A stretch of 58,685 nt of DNA, the filler included, from Sphacelaria rigidula (taxonomy: Eukaryota): the NCBI GenBank assembly GCA_964200075.2. It is 9 parts of 9 records of this genome, joined end to end, with 100 filler letters (N's around TTAATTAATTAA, not from the genome) between each part and the next. Parts side by side here need not be neighbours in the genome. Positions count along the whole stretch, not along the records: positions 1 to 6,432 come from CAXNAA020020100.1; positions 6,533 to 12,964 come from CAXNAA020020101.1; 7 more parts are not named here. The stretch is one strand, 5' to 3'. Position 1 is the stretch's first letter. The number at the start of each line of letters is the position of its first letter. The translations under genes and the position numbers were made by a program. This document shows positions 1 through 12,552 of this stretch, one piece after another. The notes beneath the pieces were generated by a model. The model had not been told where the DNA came from. It searched no databases and worked only from the letters and a program-made list of their open reading frames with translations.

Positions 1-339
1 AGATATGAACGATTAAAAAAACTTGTATCTTAATTGGCTCTGTATCTTAATTGGTACATTTCCTCTATAGGGTATGGTTAGAGCCAAGATTAGTGCCACG
101 GTAGGATATATAAAACCAAGGTGTGCTCAGCTATCGGGTTTCGAGCCGGAGTGAGGTAAGCCCACTCCCTATTTTTCATTCTTAACCTCTGTCGTATAGG
201 ATTCAGGCTGCTTAGACTGTGCAGAAGTGATGAGTGGACGTGCAAAATCCCAGTAGCTACCTCACACATGCCCAAACTCAAATACATTTTCAGTTGTGTA
301 GATTGACACAGTAGTCGCGAGATTCGCTTCTTACACTGT

Positions 340-3300
340 GGAGTCATGCCGCGATACACCTGCCCCCCAGAAATCTACTTGCTCGGCTTTCGGTTTCGCT
401 TGCTCTTCTCGCACGCACGCGTCCTTTTTTTTCCAACCCTGGGACGGCGTGCAACAGCGTATTCGTGAGATTGAGAGTAGAGCGCTGATTGAGGGTGGCA
501 TTGGTCATTCGCTTTTTAAGCCTAGCAATTTTTCATTCCATGTGTGCTTTTCTTTGCCTCAATCACTGGCGTGTGCTTACAGCTACGCGTCGATATCCTT
601 TTCGGGGATATCAAGGGCCTCAGTGTTAAGGTACTACAGAAAGCATATCGGGTCTCGTGGAAGGGCATTATTTCGAAACTGAAACGCTTCATTCATCGAT
701 TGACCGCTTTTGACTCTCAATCGTATCCTCTACTCTGAATCTCACGGAAACATTGTTGTACATGCAGTAAATAAAACGTATGCGACTTTCATCCAACACA
801 TTTTTGCAAGACGTAGACGCCTCAACGGTATCGCATGGACCGAAACACACACTCCCTCACACCAACCGCCTCGATCGCCCGAAAATGTTGGCAACTCACT
901 GTGAACAGGTGTATGGAATTCGGTGGAAGGAAGGTGGTCCCAGGGACTACGATGTTTACGAAGATTGGCGTAATACGGAGTCGCAGCGGATGGAAATGAT
1001 CACGTACAACGGTATCGCAGATCTCGAGAAGTGTTCTTCTGCCAAAGCGAAGTAACGACCGACGCAGCATGATATGGGTGTCAAGTGTGCTGTCAATAGT
1101 GTGTGTTACGTGTGCGCTATTATTCCCGATCCTGTGTGAATGTAGAGAGTGCCTATGGTTCGCAGCTTTTCAAGTAAATGATGCGATACCGACGAATGAC
1201 GTAGGTTCGTCAACATGTGTTTCCCTGAGAGACGCCGAGCTTCACAAACATGATTGTGATCGGAGATTGTAGGTTTGTCATGACACAATGCCATGAGGTT
1301 GCAAGTCGTGTATCGCTTCGCCTTTTCAGGTCCGTGGATTGGTTCTTGCCGGATATCTTGCATCTAGGGTCTGTTCAGATGAGTATACAGCTAGCTGAGA
1401 TTGCAGGCCTGGTCAGATCTGATCAGCATGCGGATTTGGAGAATTTTGTCACGCCGCTGCTAATCAAATACACTTACGCTTAAGGTCTGAACGCGTGACC
1501 TGCCCCCTGAGAGGGTATACGGAGTACAGCTCGTTGTGGAAAGAACGAGAAGGATATACGGGGAGATTTTTTTTCTTGGGCATTACAGGGTCTGTGACTT
1601 GTAAAATGAACATTGGCTCGAGTTTTTATATTCTCCGTGTTATGACATGAAGGGATCACGCTTGCAAGTGTCCACTGATGTCGACTACATCAACTATTCT
1701 AGGCAGTTGATAGTCACTTGATGTCAGGGGGGCTGATTATGTTTTTGAGGTGATCATGTCTTGGCTTTCTAGGATGCAGCGAAGACATTGGAAACAGGTT
1801 TTGTATTCTTGTGTTACGACCATCATGGATGCTGTATATTATTCTTATTCGAGCATACTTCTAGGTTTGGCGTTTTGGTTAGAGTTGATTGGATTCGAAT
1901 GAGGATTCCTTCCTATACCTCGAAAAGAAGTGGTACAAAGACCACAATAACTGCAACGTTTCATTTTGCAGTATTGATCTCATGTGCATTATCTCGAGGA
2001 ATTATTTTGTGCACGGTGAAATGAAACCACTGGTGAGAGTTTTGGTATAGCATGAGTGCAGGGTTACCATGCAAGCATCACTGTACAGGTTGATTGTAGA
2101 CACCTTCCTGATGTACACCGTGTTGCAGACGGTATGTAAAGTCGAATTTTCCGTGGACAACAGCGTCTGGTTACCATGTGAACGGCAGGTCTTTAACATA
2201 TTCGAAAATTGGAAGATTGGGTGTTTTTCTCGAATGTCATCGTGGGAATTCAGGAGTGTGAAAAGAGTGTCCACTGTGCATTCATCTGTGTTTTTCGTTG
2301 TTCCAAGGAAGATTTGGGAACTGGTAAATGATTCGAGATTGATATTCATACATCAAATTTGTTCCTTGTGATGAAGTGACTGACGCAAATGGTTACTGAA
2401 ACGAAGCATGAATAGGTTACGAGGAACTGCATATATTCAGGATTTGAGTTTTCGGTTGCTCAAGTAGGCGTTTGTCTTGCTTTGTTTATTATATCGTCTG
2501 TATTTCGATTCTTTAGTTTGGATGTAAGAGTTTCCGGAGCAAGCGCTAGCCATACCTGACGCCCACCTCTGGAATATTTACGCTCTTGTTCAATCGCTCC
2601 GCACGCGAGTGCCGCCTCCCTCTCGGGACCGGTCATGACGTGTCCTTTTTTTATGTCATATGTTGTCGGTATTTTCTTTATTTTGCCTTTTCGGTTGAGA
2701 GTTTTAGGAGCGAGCGCTGCATATCCCTGACCTCCCCGTCTGGAATAATTGCGCTCTTGCCCAACCGCTCCGTACACGCATACCGCTTCCACCTGCAAGA
2801 TCAGCAATGACGTGTCCTCTTTTTGAGTGCGTACCACGTTGAGGTTCATGTTGACATGGGTTTGCCTGACATGTTTTGACCCTCTTGGCTGAAACTATTG
2901 ACCCTGCTTGCTTCATACACAAGATAACTGCTCCCGTTTACAAGGACGGTTGCTACGTGTTGTTTTTCTGCCTTATGTTGCGGATTTTCGTTTTCGCTGT
3001 TGCCCAGCGTGCCCCTGGTTTTGTATTCATTTTGGGTTTGGTTTCTGCGTCTATGTCGGGAATTTCGCCACGAGTGTTCCAACGTTCCTGACCCTCGAGT
3101 TTAGAACACTTGGCCTACTTTTTTTTGCGAGTCCTGCCGCACGTGATCGACCTCGTTTATAGGAGGGTCACGGGTAATGCGACGCGATGATTTATGCTTT
3201 GGTGATTGATAAGTTTCGAAGAGGCCACCACTGGCCGCGTCGTACATAGCGGTGTTGATGAATAGTTATTGGAGCCGCGGTAAATCGGTTGCAAACATCT

Positions 3301-6300
3301 CCTTATACAGGACCATCACGTATCATGATAAGGTAGATCGCTCTTTCGGAATTGTCCGTTTCGCTATGTCGATATTCGACCGTTGGTACAGCCTACAGGC
3401 TCAGAGTCCGCCACTCGCTTTTTTTTTTCTGTCAATTTTACCAGTTTTTGCGTACAATTACCCGCCCCTGAAATTGGTCGGTGGTGTTTTGTTTTTATCA
3501 GGGATTATTGGACGAAGTAACGTGACGGTACGACCGGCTGTGGGTTTTACTCCAGTTTGTATTCGGGCCAGTCTCATTTTAGTCCGAACGGGTAAATACT
3601 GTGAGGAGTGGGCTCCGTTGGTCCCCTCTGTCCTGTGTATTTGTCGTGGTTCAGAAATGTGTTAGGTGATCCGCCTCGGAACTACGTAGTAGGCCCGAAG
3701 GTTGTGTATTGTCCACCACGTTTCTTTTGACGTGTACGGACACCTGACCTCACAAACCGGTCAGTTGTTTTCGTATCGTCGTGTGAGAAAAAAAAATGCT
3801 GTACGACTGGATCATCAACCAGACGTCCCAAGCAAGTCGTTGTTCTCACAAACATGTACCGGCAATTCACTCACGTCAATCGGGTTGGTTTGTCCGTATC
3901 ATTTTATTCTTATTTCATCAACGTATGGTTTTCGCGGGAAACTACCATTTCCGCGACGAACTCGGCTGCACGTTGTTTGCTTTGCTGATTGACTGGGACG
4001 AGTGATTAGCATAAACTTGGTTATCGAAGTGATATAATGCCTTGGCGGGCTTGCTTGTTTTTCTACCAATGACCTAAAACAAATCGGACATCTGGAAAAG
4101 AGCGAACTATTTATTCATCATATAGTTCTGGCAGGGTAGGATAATCGTTTCAATGATTGGTCTCTGATTTTTCGTGTCTATCTCGGAAATGCTCACGACA
4201 TTCTGGAGACGCTGCATTTTGTAGTACATGGTTTTGATTGTTGATTTTGGAATATATTTTTATTTTCTATGACTCCGTCTGAAGAGCTCACGGAACATGA
4301 GGACACTGAATCATTGTATCGGTTCGATTTTTATTCTCTTTGCTTTGTGCTTGTGTTTGTATTTTCTTGGGTGTTTTGTGTTGATCGCCCCTTCCCGTTC
4401 CCCGTACCACTCTTCCAATGGAATCTCAGTTTTTTGTGGTGTGGGAGAGGTGTGGCTCGATGCAAGTTCGTCCCTTCTGAAAAGTGACTGCAGTTGAACG
4501 ATCCAGGATGGGCTAATGTGATGGTGAATGACTGCGTGACTGAATTAAACTCGTTCTTTGGGATCCGCAGATAGATCCCCAGAAACGACCGGCGGGTATA
4601 GAAAGATTCTAGTCGAATAAATGCTGTATAGTGCAGGATTTGGATTGTTTCATTGTTGAAGCGTTGATGTTGGAAATGGATTGTACCCGATTAGCCGCGT
4701 GTACCTGCTGCTATTACAGCCTTGATTAGCTAAAGGTACGGCGCGTCACGGTGATTTTGTATTATGACAAGGTTGTAAGCGGGGCAGGAGGACGTACTGA
4801 CAGAATAGCTTTCCCCAGCTGTTTCATCTCGCCTACTAAGGTCACTCAACACACCGACCGGCCTCCAAGCATCTATTGGATAAAGAAGAGTTTTTCAACC
4901 ATCACCTACCATCTTCGGTCTCTCTGCCCCCACGGTCGCGAGCCACAGCAATTGACGTGAGTCTCTTGTTGTGCTGTACTTCTACCCTCATCCACGATTT
5001 ATATGGTATTCTGGCTCCGGGGCTGTGTGGTTTTCCCCTTTGACAGCTGGGCTATTGTATTGAGAAATTGAAACGGTAGTTTGAATTATGCAAGTTGAAC
5101 CAGGATCGCTTGCCGACACCTCACAAGGGTGTGGCTTGCCTGCGTTCGGCGTATACGGTTTTACTGCTTGCGGTATTGCGTATACCGCCACAGGCGAGTT
5201 TGCGACGTCTACGCCTGGCTGGAAAGCTTGTCTCCTGACAGGATCAGGGAGGACGCGTTCCCTTCCTTGCTCCAGCAAATAATGAACGACGATAGACTTT
5301 TGGCCACGACATACAACACTGTTGGGGAGACGGACAGTTTTTTCCTCATGAAAATCTGTGTAGGTGCACCTGCAAACAGTTCTATGCGAATTTGTTTTTA
5401 ATGAGAACAATAACTTGTCGATTTCTGTTCCGGTCTCCGTGGATTGCCTAATACAAATCCCCGATTAGTTTGGTAGTGCTGTCTGACACTATCTTCGTAC
5501 CTGTGACCCGAACCGAAACGGAAACCTTCCCTCAGGTCCTGTGAGTCGTTTTAATTTCTTGGATGATATTAGAAAAAGTATTCTGTTTTGCTTTCATACC
5601 TGTACCGCAGAGGATTTGGGTGCATTCTATTAGCAGACGCGAGTAAGTACGGTGGTAAAGCAAGGAAAGGTAGCTATGATCGGGTTTGCCTGGCGTACTG
5701 CTGACAGCGTCGTGTGAAAGCCACAAGACCCTTGCTGTAAGCGGTTGATGGCGTGGGTCTCCAATGCAATGACATGCGATTGATCGAACAGCAGTCTCGT
5801 CTCTCCTCCCAGCTTGTTGTAGTAACACGACCTCCTGACATCGGAATAATTATTAGATTATCATGGGAAGCACTGGTGTTGTTGTACCTATTATTACTCA
5901 GGTGCTCACGCGGCCACCGTGCGCTGTAGATTGCTGCATGAGCGGACTCCTACGCGCCACGCTAACAACCGTTAGGTCACCACCATAGGTATCTTTTTTC
6001 ACTCCGCATGTCAAGAAGGTCTCCACAAGTGTTTGATCTCTCACGCACACACACCCCAACTGGCGTGTCGTGAAGCGCTCCGTTGGCGGGAGGGGGAGGT
6101 TGGGGAGAATCAACGATGAATAACACCCCCTAAGTTCAAATTGGATCTATATGTTATTGCCTCAGCACCGTCCTTGCTGGCATGTGTGTGACAGAGTACA
6201 ATAGTAGCGGTGACGGGAACATTGCCCTGTTTTTCAACGACATGTTTTTCAGTGTACAGACGCGCGTCTTGTCCAAAAAGAGAGGCAGAGAGAAATTGAT

Positions 6301-6432
6301 ATTCGCATCAAGCAAGTAAGAAGAGACGAAACCTCTCCGCAGCTCCCGGTGTTCTGGCACAACATACATGGAAAATTCGGTACATGCTGGTGACATCGAT
6401 GATGTGAGTCTCTCTAGCGATAGTGGTAATCG
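340..6432 (-). mobile_element. Large degenerate repeat or element remnant of unassigned family, with broken reading frames on the minus strand
   Basis: The minus strand is A-rich over about 1500-4700 and has protein-like frames interrupted by stops (e.g. FRNNALPRDPICFL*YLNTEALDIPEKDID). It contains a 171-bp coding duplication at 2527/2698. About 5260-6432 aligns by eye with 26199-27340 in the opposite orientation. Whether the whole span is one element is not established. Confidence 0.45.
2527..2822 (-). repeat. Diverged tandem duplication, period 171 bp (57 codons)
   Basis: agagtttccggagcaagcgct...atgacgtgtcct starts at 2527 and agagttttaggagcgagcgct...atgacgtgtcct at 2698. ORF 2460..2849 reads GAVGQERNYSRRGGQGYAALAPKTL then GAIEQERKYSRGGRQVWLALAPETL. 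Confidence 0.85.
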
Positions 6433-6532
6433 NNNNNNNNNNNNNNNNNNNNNNNNNNNNNNNNNNNNNNNNNNNNTTAATTAATTAANNNNNNNNNNNN
6501 NNNNNNNNNNNNNNNNNNNNNNNNNNNNNNNN
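6433..6532. other. Artificial linker: 44 N + TTAATTAATTAA (stop codons in all six frames) + 44 N. First of eight; the others are 12965-13064, 19497-19596, 26029-26128, 32561-32660, 39093-39192, 45624-45723 and 52155-52254
   Basis: Identical 100-nt structure each time. Start-to-start spacing is 6532 five times, then 6531 twice. The fragments are 6432 nt (six) and 6431 nt (three). Confidence 0.98.
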
Positions 6533-6608
6533 GTTGGTAACCTCGAACCCCACAACTCAACCGTCAGAAGGTTACGAGGTTACCAACTGAGCCACCGGGG
6601 CGACCGGC
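6533..6608 (-). mobile_element. tRNA-derived SINE head, cut off by the linker; same family as 19130-19484
   Basis: Reverse complement gccggtcgccccggtggctcagttggtaacctcgtaaccttctgacggttgagttgtggggttcgagg contains an A-box (TGGCTCAGTTGG) and a B-box-like GGTTCGA, and closely matches 19131-19198. Confidence 0.8.
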
Positions 6609-7148
6609 TTTATCATGTAAAAAACATCCCTCGTGCAGTCATTCCGCAAGAGAAGAAAACGGTTATACCGACATTGCAGGGTTTGCCGATAGAGTACAAC
6701 GTGTATTGACAGTCAGATGTGTGCCCCTGCTGTCAGTCCGATCAACTATCGGCGGGTCCCTGATCTCGGGGATCATTATGGAATGTATAAAAAGAAACGA
6801 AAAAACAAAAAAAAAAAAGTGTCAAGAAGGGGCGGGAAACAATAAGACCCCTGCTACCCCCCGAAGCGGTACACGCATGAGCTATCCATCTTCCACACGA
6901 GAAAAGCTGACAGATGATACTCGGGAAAAATGTCCGAAAAAACAAGAACAAAAACATGAAAAAACACACTAAAAAACACACACACACAAGCATACCCCAG
7001 CATCCTACACAAGTGAACATCCACCTACCCAACTTAGCAACGTTCACCCCCCCCCTCCCCCAAAAAGCACAGGTGTGCCTATCACTCGCATATTAATCAG
7101 GCTATCTGACGACAGTGCAACCCCGATCCAGCCGTTTTCCTTCCGTAC

Positions 7149-7393
7149 CTGCCCGCCCGCCCAACCCTCGGCGTACTTGAGCTTCATGGCATCTACCGAC
7201 ACTTTGCCGGCGGAAGACGAGCGTCCCCATCGGCCCTTGGGAGCAGGGGGGGACCCCACGCCTTGTCCCCAGGAAAACACCCCCTCTTGTCGATCCGGCT
7301 CGCCGTACTTGAGACCCAGAGCGGTGAGGTCTTCCTTCGACAACTCGTTGCGCCGACTTCGCTCCCCCCAGCGCCGCTTGGCTGGCGGCGATG
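7149..7393 (-). CDS. Internal exon (third seen) of an unknown Gly/Pro-rich UIM/RGG protein
   Basis: Pyrimidine tract plus ttttag acceptor (7395-7394) and cag|GTACGG donor. Phase-1 entry matches the phase-1 exit of 8208-9351. Translates (A)SPPAKRRWGERSRRNELSKEDLTALGLKYGEPDRQEGVFSWG...KLKYAEGWAGGQ. Confidence 0.8.
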
Positions 7394-7619
7394 CTAAAAG
7401 AGGAAGGGAGGGAGAGAGGGAGGGAGGGTGAGAGGAAGGGGAAAGAGAGATGAGAGGAAAGGGAAGGAGAGATGAGCGGATGGGAGGACGGGCAGAAAAG
7501 TAGATAAACAGGCAGATAAATACAGATACAAATACAAATACAAATACAGACGAAGATACGCGACGCAGAGAGGGAGGGTGAGAGACACGTGTGGATAGAA
7601 GGGGTATCTGGTTTAAGAG

Positions 7620-7725
7620 GCAATATCGTGAATGGTGCACTTTGAACCCCTTCCCTTCCTCGGGACGAGTCCCTGGCCTAACAGTCTCAAGGTACCAACC
7701 CATCTCTCTCTCTCCCCCGGTACAT
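7620..7725 (-). mobile_element. Retroelement 3' tail fragment; same tail as SINE 17866-18192, with related pieces near 39330-39380 and 45457-45515
   Basis: Reverse complement gatgggttggtaccttgagactg...ggactcgtcccgaggaagggaaggggttcaaagtgc matches gatgggttgatcccttgagacagaccacggactcgtcccgaggaagggtaggggttcaaagtgc at 18102-18165. Confidence 0.7.
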
Positions 7726-8207
7726 GCCTTGCATTTTGATCTCGCGGATTGGGTCATGACCATCAGCACTCCCGCACCGTCAACTCACGTCAAACAAATC
7801 CAGTCGACTACTGTTCTTACTCACGTCCTCACACTTTCCACGATGGAAATCATACATTACGAAGAAGAACACAGCCAATGCATCGGGAATCGAGCTCTCG
7901 TCCTGCCCACCCTAACGGCGACATTCGGACCATTATACCACCGGGGCGCGGCGGCTTTAGGCCTAACTATCCCGGAACGAAGCCAGTCCAAATCGAGTCG
8001 CGATCCAAAGCGGTCAGAAGCGGAACCGGGGAGGAAACACAATGCGCCAAATTTTCTTTACTGTACAAAAAGAAATATATATATATATGTATTTGGCAAG
8101 CCACTTCCAGACCTTCAACCCCTTCTACGCACACAGTTGGAAACGCGGTCACAATGACTGCGATATTAAAAGGCCCCTCACCACGTACAAAACACATGAA
8201 TTCTCAC

Positions 8208-9351
8208 CGTCGACACCATCAGCACCGCCGCCTCCACCATCACCACCATAATCTGTTTGCGCAGCGTAAAACGCCTCGATCTCCTTCGGATCCAACCCTC
8301 CTGAGCTCGCCGCTCCCGCGCCGATGGCGGGGGCGGTGGTGGGCGGCGCCCTCCCATCCGGGACAACCCCGCCAACCTCCCCAGGAGTCACGGCGCTATC
8401 CCCCTCTACAACGCCGGGTGAGAGGGGTGGCGGGGGCGGCGGGGGCGGCGGCGCAAAACTCCCTCCAATCCCACCCGTATCCATCGGCCGCGACATCTGT
8501 CCGTGCTCTTCTCCTACCGGCGGCGGGAAATCTCCATCAGTCTCACTAGGGTGCGGAGGGCGGGGGACGTTGGCTGCGCCGTCGATGTTGCTCGCCCCTA
8601 TCCACTCACCATTCGAGTTTTCTCGCCCATCGCGCAACCCTTGCGATGTGTCTTGCCACGTTTGCTCCGGGGAACCAGGCACCGAGTGCGGGGGAGGCGG
8701 CGGCTGCGGCGGTAGCGGCGGCGGCGAATAAGAATCATGTTCTGGCACGGCTGGCAAGACACCCGACGTCGCTCCAGCACTCCCTTGCTGCTGCTGCTGC
8801 TGCTGCTGCCCATACTGCCTTGCATCATATCCTCGCCCGCCCGCGGCACCTCCGCCTGTCCCACCACCGCCACCCCAGCCACCGGTGCCCCCCGAGGGCT
8901 GTCGACGGACACCGCTCCTGCCGCCGTACGAAGAATACACTCGGCCACGAGCGCCGGGTGGGCCTCGGCCACTAATGCCCCGACCGCCCCGACCGCCCCG
9001 ACCGGCTCGACCGCCCCGACCGGCTCGCTGACCACTTCCCCGCCAGCCGGCGTAGCCAGCACCGCTACTCCCGGGACTGCGACGACTGTTTCTTCTGCTC
9101 GGGGTGAAGAGCTTGCGGAGGGTACCCTTAGCTGCGGCGACGCTCTCAGACCAGCGGCCCCCCTCCACTGCTGTCACGCTGTCGCTCACTAGTTGCCCCT
9201 TCGGGAGGGAAGGTGGGGAGGGAACGACATATTTCCGCCGCGTCGATTGTGTCGGTGTTTCTTGTTCGCTATCGGTTGGAGCGTGTAGTAAAGATATGAG
9301 AGGGGTAGCAAGGTTTTGGAGCGAGAGCACGAGGGCCTGCTGCATCGCCAG
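8208..9351 (-). CDS. Large internal exon of an unknown, intrinsically disordered protein (RGG repeats, poly-Q, poly-P, C-terminal half of a UIM-like motif)
   Basis: GC-rich 381-codon open frame inside ORF 8149..9345. Acceptor ccctcgacag (9353-9352, phase 0) and donor g|GTGAGA at 8207 (phase 1). Starts LAMQQALVLSLQN and contains GRGGRAGRGGRGGRG, QQQQQQQQ and PPPPPPPPP. Confidence 0.88.
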
Positions 9352-11119
9352 CTGTCGAGGGAGGATCAGCGATTCGGTTCAACGACGGCTATCTACACTA
9401 ACGGTTCTACAACGGTACTATAGCAAGTAGGTGGTGATGGCGCAGAGCACGGCGCGGACGCCCGTTGCGGGGGGAACAGAGTCAGACACCTCTTGTTGAC
9501 CCAGAAGCACCTCCTAAATTAGGCAGCTACTTTTTCAAGTCGCACCTCAACGTACAGTTACTAATACCACGACCACTATTACTGCTACTACTACCATCAC
9601 TGAGCCCCCAATTCTGCTTTGGCTCGCAAAGGTATATCTATCCTATTCACACATTATCGCAAGTCGAATGTCGCGTTGCCGCCCACACCGACCGAAACAC
9701 CCGACCGAATCAACCATCGACGAAACTCTCACCCATTCATCTCTACGTCCACCCACGCTACGCCCTCGCCCGGGCGTTCCATAGAGCTGCAAGAAAAAGG
9801 CAAGTTGACGGGTGCAAGGATAAAAAAGGGACAAACAAACATCAAAATCTCCAACATGTCAAAAGCATCTGAACGAGCCATAGGCTTCATTCACCGCGAA
9901 CAAAAAATACTTCAACCTTTTGTTCATCTCCACCACGAGACAGTGATCTAACTCCGCTTCTCCGCACTACTCTCCGACCTACTCATCAAGTATGTTTCCT
10001 ATTCTAATCAACATCACCCTCCCCGCTCCCATTTTCCGCGGGATGAATCGATTGTCTCAATTGATCGACCCATCTCTGCGAAGGTGCATAAGGTTAGAGT
10101 ACGACACAAAGTAGGATGTTTCGGGCCGTCGATACCCTGGGCGGGTACTCAAAAACTTTGAGTACTTTTTTCTCTGTTTCTTTCTTCTATTCTATTGATT
10201 TTTGGTTTTTTTCCTAGTCTACTACCCTTTTTTCTCTTCTACCTTTTCTGTTTTTCTTCACTTTTCTTCAGCGAGTGTTTCAGTGTTGTTTTGGCTCGGG
10301 TATGTGTATTATGTGGAAAATGACCACGGCTGGACCATGACTCTTAGGGGATCAGATGTGCGACAATCAGTCAAATTTTGGCCGCCAATACCATGGGTTG
10401 GTGCCATGTAGTACTGGGTATTCCCAGTAGCCTGAATATTCAGGGATTCCCAGGGGATGTACCCTACCCTAAGCACCTCTGCGGTTGTCTCATCATGCCT
10501 GTGTGCACTTGAGTATCGAGCACATGACCGTCGCTCCCGCAGCCTGTACTTCGAATTTCACTACAAAATCATTCTCAACTCAAGTCTATAGCCTGACTGA
10601 TGAATAAATGGACTGCCGTCGCACGTAAAATAATGCGGTACGGAACATCTAGCGGCGGTGGTCATTATCCACAGGGTAGGCGTGTCGAAGGGGGAAAAAA
10701 TAATAACGGAAGCACTTGCTGACTGGAGGACACCCAAGGAAGGGGAAGGAAAAAGGGAGGGGGGGTACTCATGATCGTGCATGCCATAGTCATATGCCCA
10801 CTGACCTCGCATCCCTACAAAGCCGGGACAGAGCACGCCGGGTTTTCGCCGGACCAGGCTCGTAAAGGGGGGGGGGGGGGGGGGGGGGGGGGGCGACGAA
10901 GAAAGAGCGCAAGATCAAGGAGGAAACGAGAGACCAGGAACGGGAGGGGGGAAAGGAACAGAGGGGATAGAGGGAAAACGAGCGCTACGCTGAGATATAG
11001 TGCCGGTCCCAGGAGAAATGCCCGACAGATTACTGCGCCGGTAGAGGAGGAAAGTCACTGGGCTCTGATCGCTTGAATCGCTGAACTTGCGTCGCGGGCC
11101 TCCCGATTGTCCTATACTA

Positions 11120-11312
11120 GGAAAGATATGGTGACCACAGAAGGCAAAACAGGTAGGGGATGGCATATGTAAAAGGCTCCCATGTATGTTATGGAAAGAC
11201 GGAAGCGAGCCCGAATGTTGAAGATGTATCAGGGGTAGGGACGGTGCACCGTGTCGACAGGGATGCGTGGTCAATGGTTGAATGACTGAGGCAAGCAACA
11301 AGAGTACGCCGG
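11120..11312 (+). mobile_element. 5'-truncated copy of the LINE 3' end (family of 23015-25440), inside an intron
   Basis: gggatgcgtggtcaatggttgaatgactgaggcaagcaacaagagtacgcc plus about 140 nt upstream match 25225-25422. Confidence 0.8.
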
Positions 11313-12552
11313 GGGGAGGGGGTAGGGGGGGGGGGGGGGGGGTTGTAAACCCGAGTAATCCAATCGAAAATACCTGAAAATGAAAAATGGTCCCCCACGA
11401 GAGGCTCACTCTCTATGCTCTATATAGCCTGTGTGTATGTGTGTGTATGTGTGTGTATGTGTGAGTGTGTTTGACACTGCATCTACCAAGCTGAATTCGT
11501 AAATCATTCGTAAATCAGGGCATGGCCGTTGCCCTCACAGTGGTGGCAAGTCTTCCGTGGGAACGTAGCGTTAATTCTCACATGAACACGAGGAAACATG
11601 ATAGACAGCGTCACTCAGGGAGTATTTGAAGTAGTACACGTACAAATCTTCTGTTTTACTGTTTTAACCGGTTGGGGACAGCGAGACGATGCCGACGGAC
11701 ACGGAACACGTTGCTTCTTCGTTGGAGGCTTGTACAGGGTACATCGAAGGAGGGCACGCGGAAAAACGAAAAAAAGGCAGCACTGGAGATTTAACAAATT
11801 GAATGAGAGCGATTACAAAAAAAGACGACGATTGTGGTTCAACTATACAATGACCAAGTAATGCGTGCTTCGGTTCAGGAAAACCATGTTGGTGGGACAA
11901 AAAGATAATAACAGGGAAAATACTAGAGAAACGGAGTCAACCACAACAAACCAATCCAACAGACTCCGTGCCACACGACAATCTTTTCTCCCTTGCTTTA
12001 GAGGTCGAGAAAAAAGAGGCAAAAATGAGACCAAACACGAGAGCAGCTACATGAAATAGGGAAGCAAGCCTAACTTCCTAACTTCCTGTGTAAGTCACTG
12101 TACGAAAATATTTGTGAGCAGCAGTAAGGAAGAAACAAGCAAATTGAATACACGCATTTATTCGTACTCATCAAAACACTATATTCAAATACAGCACAGT
12201 ACAGCACAGTTGGGTACCGTAAACTGCAGTGCTGTACAGAATACCACCTTTTCTTGCCGTGCACGATGGTGTGTGTGACCTCTAGATCATGAGTGTTTGG
12301 GATCCGACAACTTATCAAACAGAAGTGATATCAAGGAGGGCGGAAAGGCGGACGGGGGTAAATGCTTTGTAACTCTGTAAAGTCCTGCAGATACCAACCT
12401 AATGACAAACGTAGCCGGGATATCATCACCCGGCGGCGTTTTTCAGATCAGGGTAGTATCTCAAGTATCGGTGATGGTACACTGTTGTCCACGATACAGT
12501 GCGGTACAGCACACCACAGCACAGCATAAGCACAGTGGGTGCACATGTTCAC

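Noticed and set aside
6477..6488. Recurrent TTAATTAATTAA palindrome as a biological site
   Set aside because: It is always centred in N padding at fixed intervals, so it is a synthetic six-frame stop linker.
7591..9430. Plus-strand ORFs (7749..8549, 8324..8731, 8737..9192 and others) as genes
   Set aside because: They are antisense shadows of the GC-rich minus-strand exon and lack a consistent splice model.
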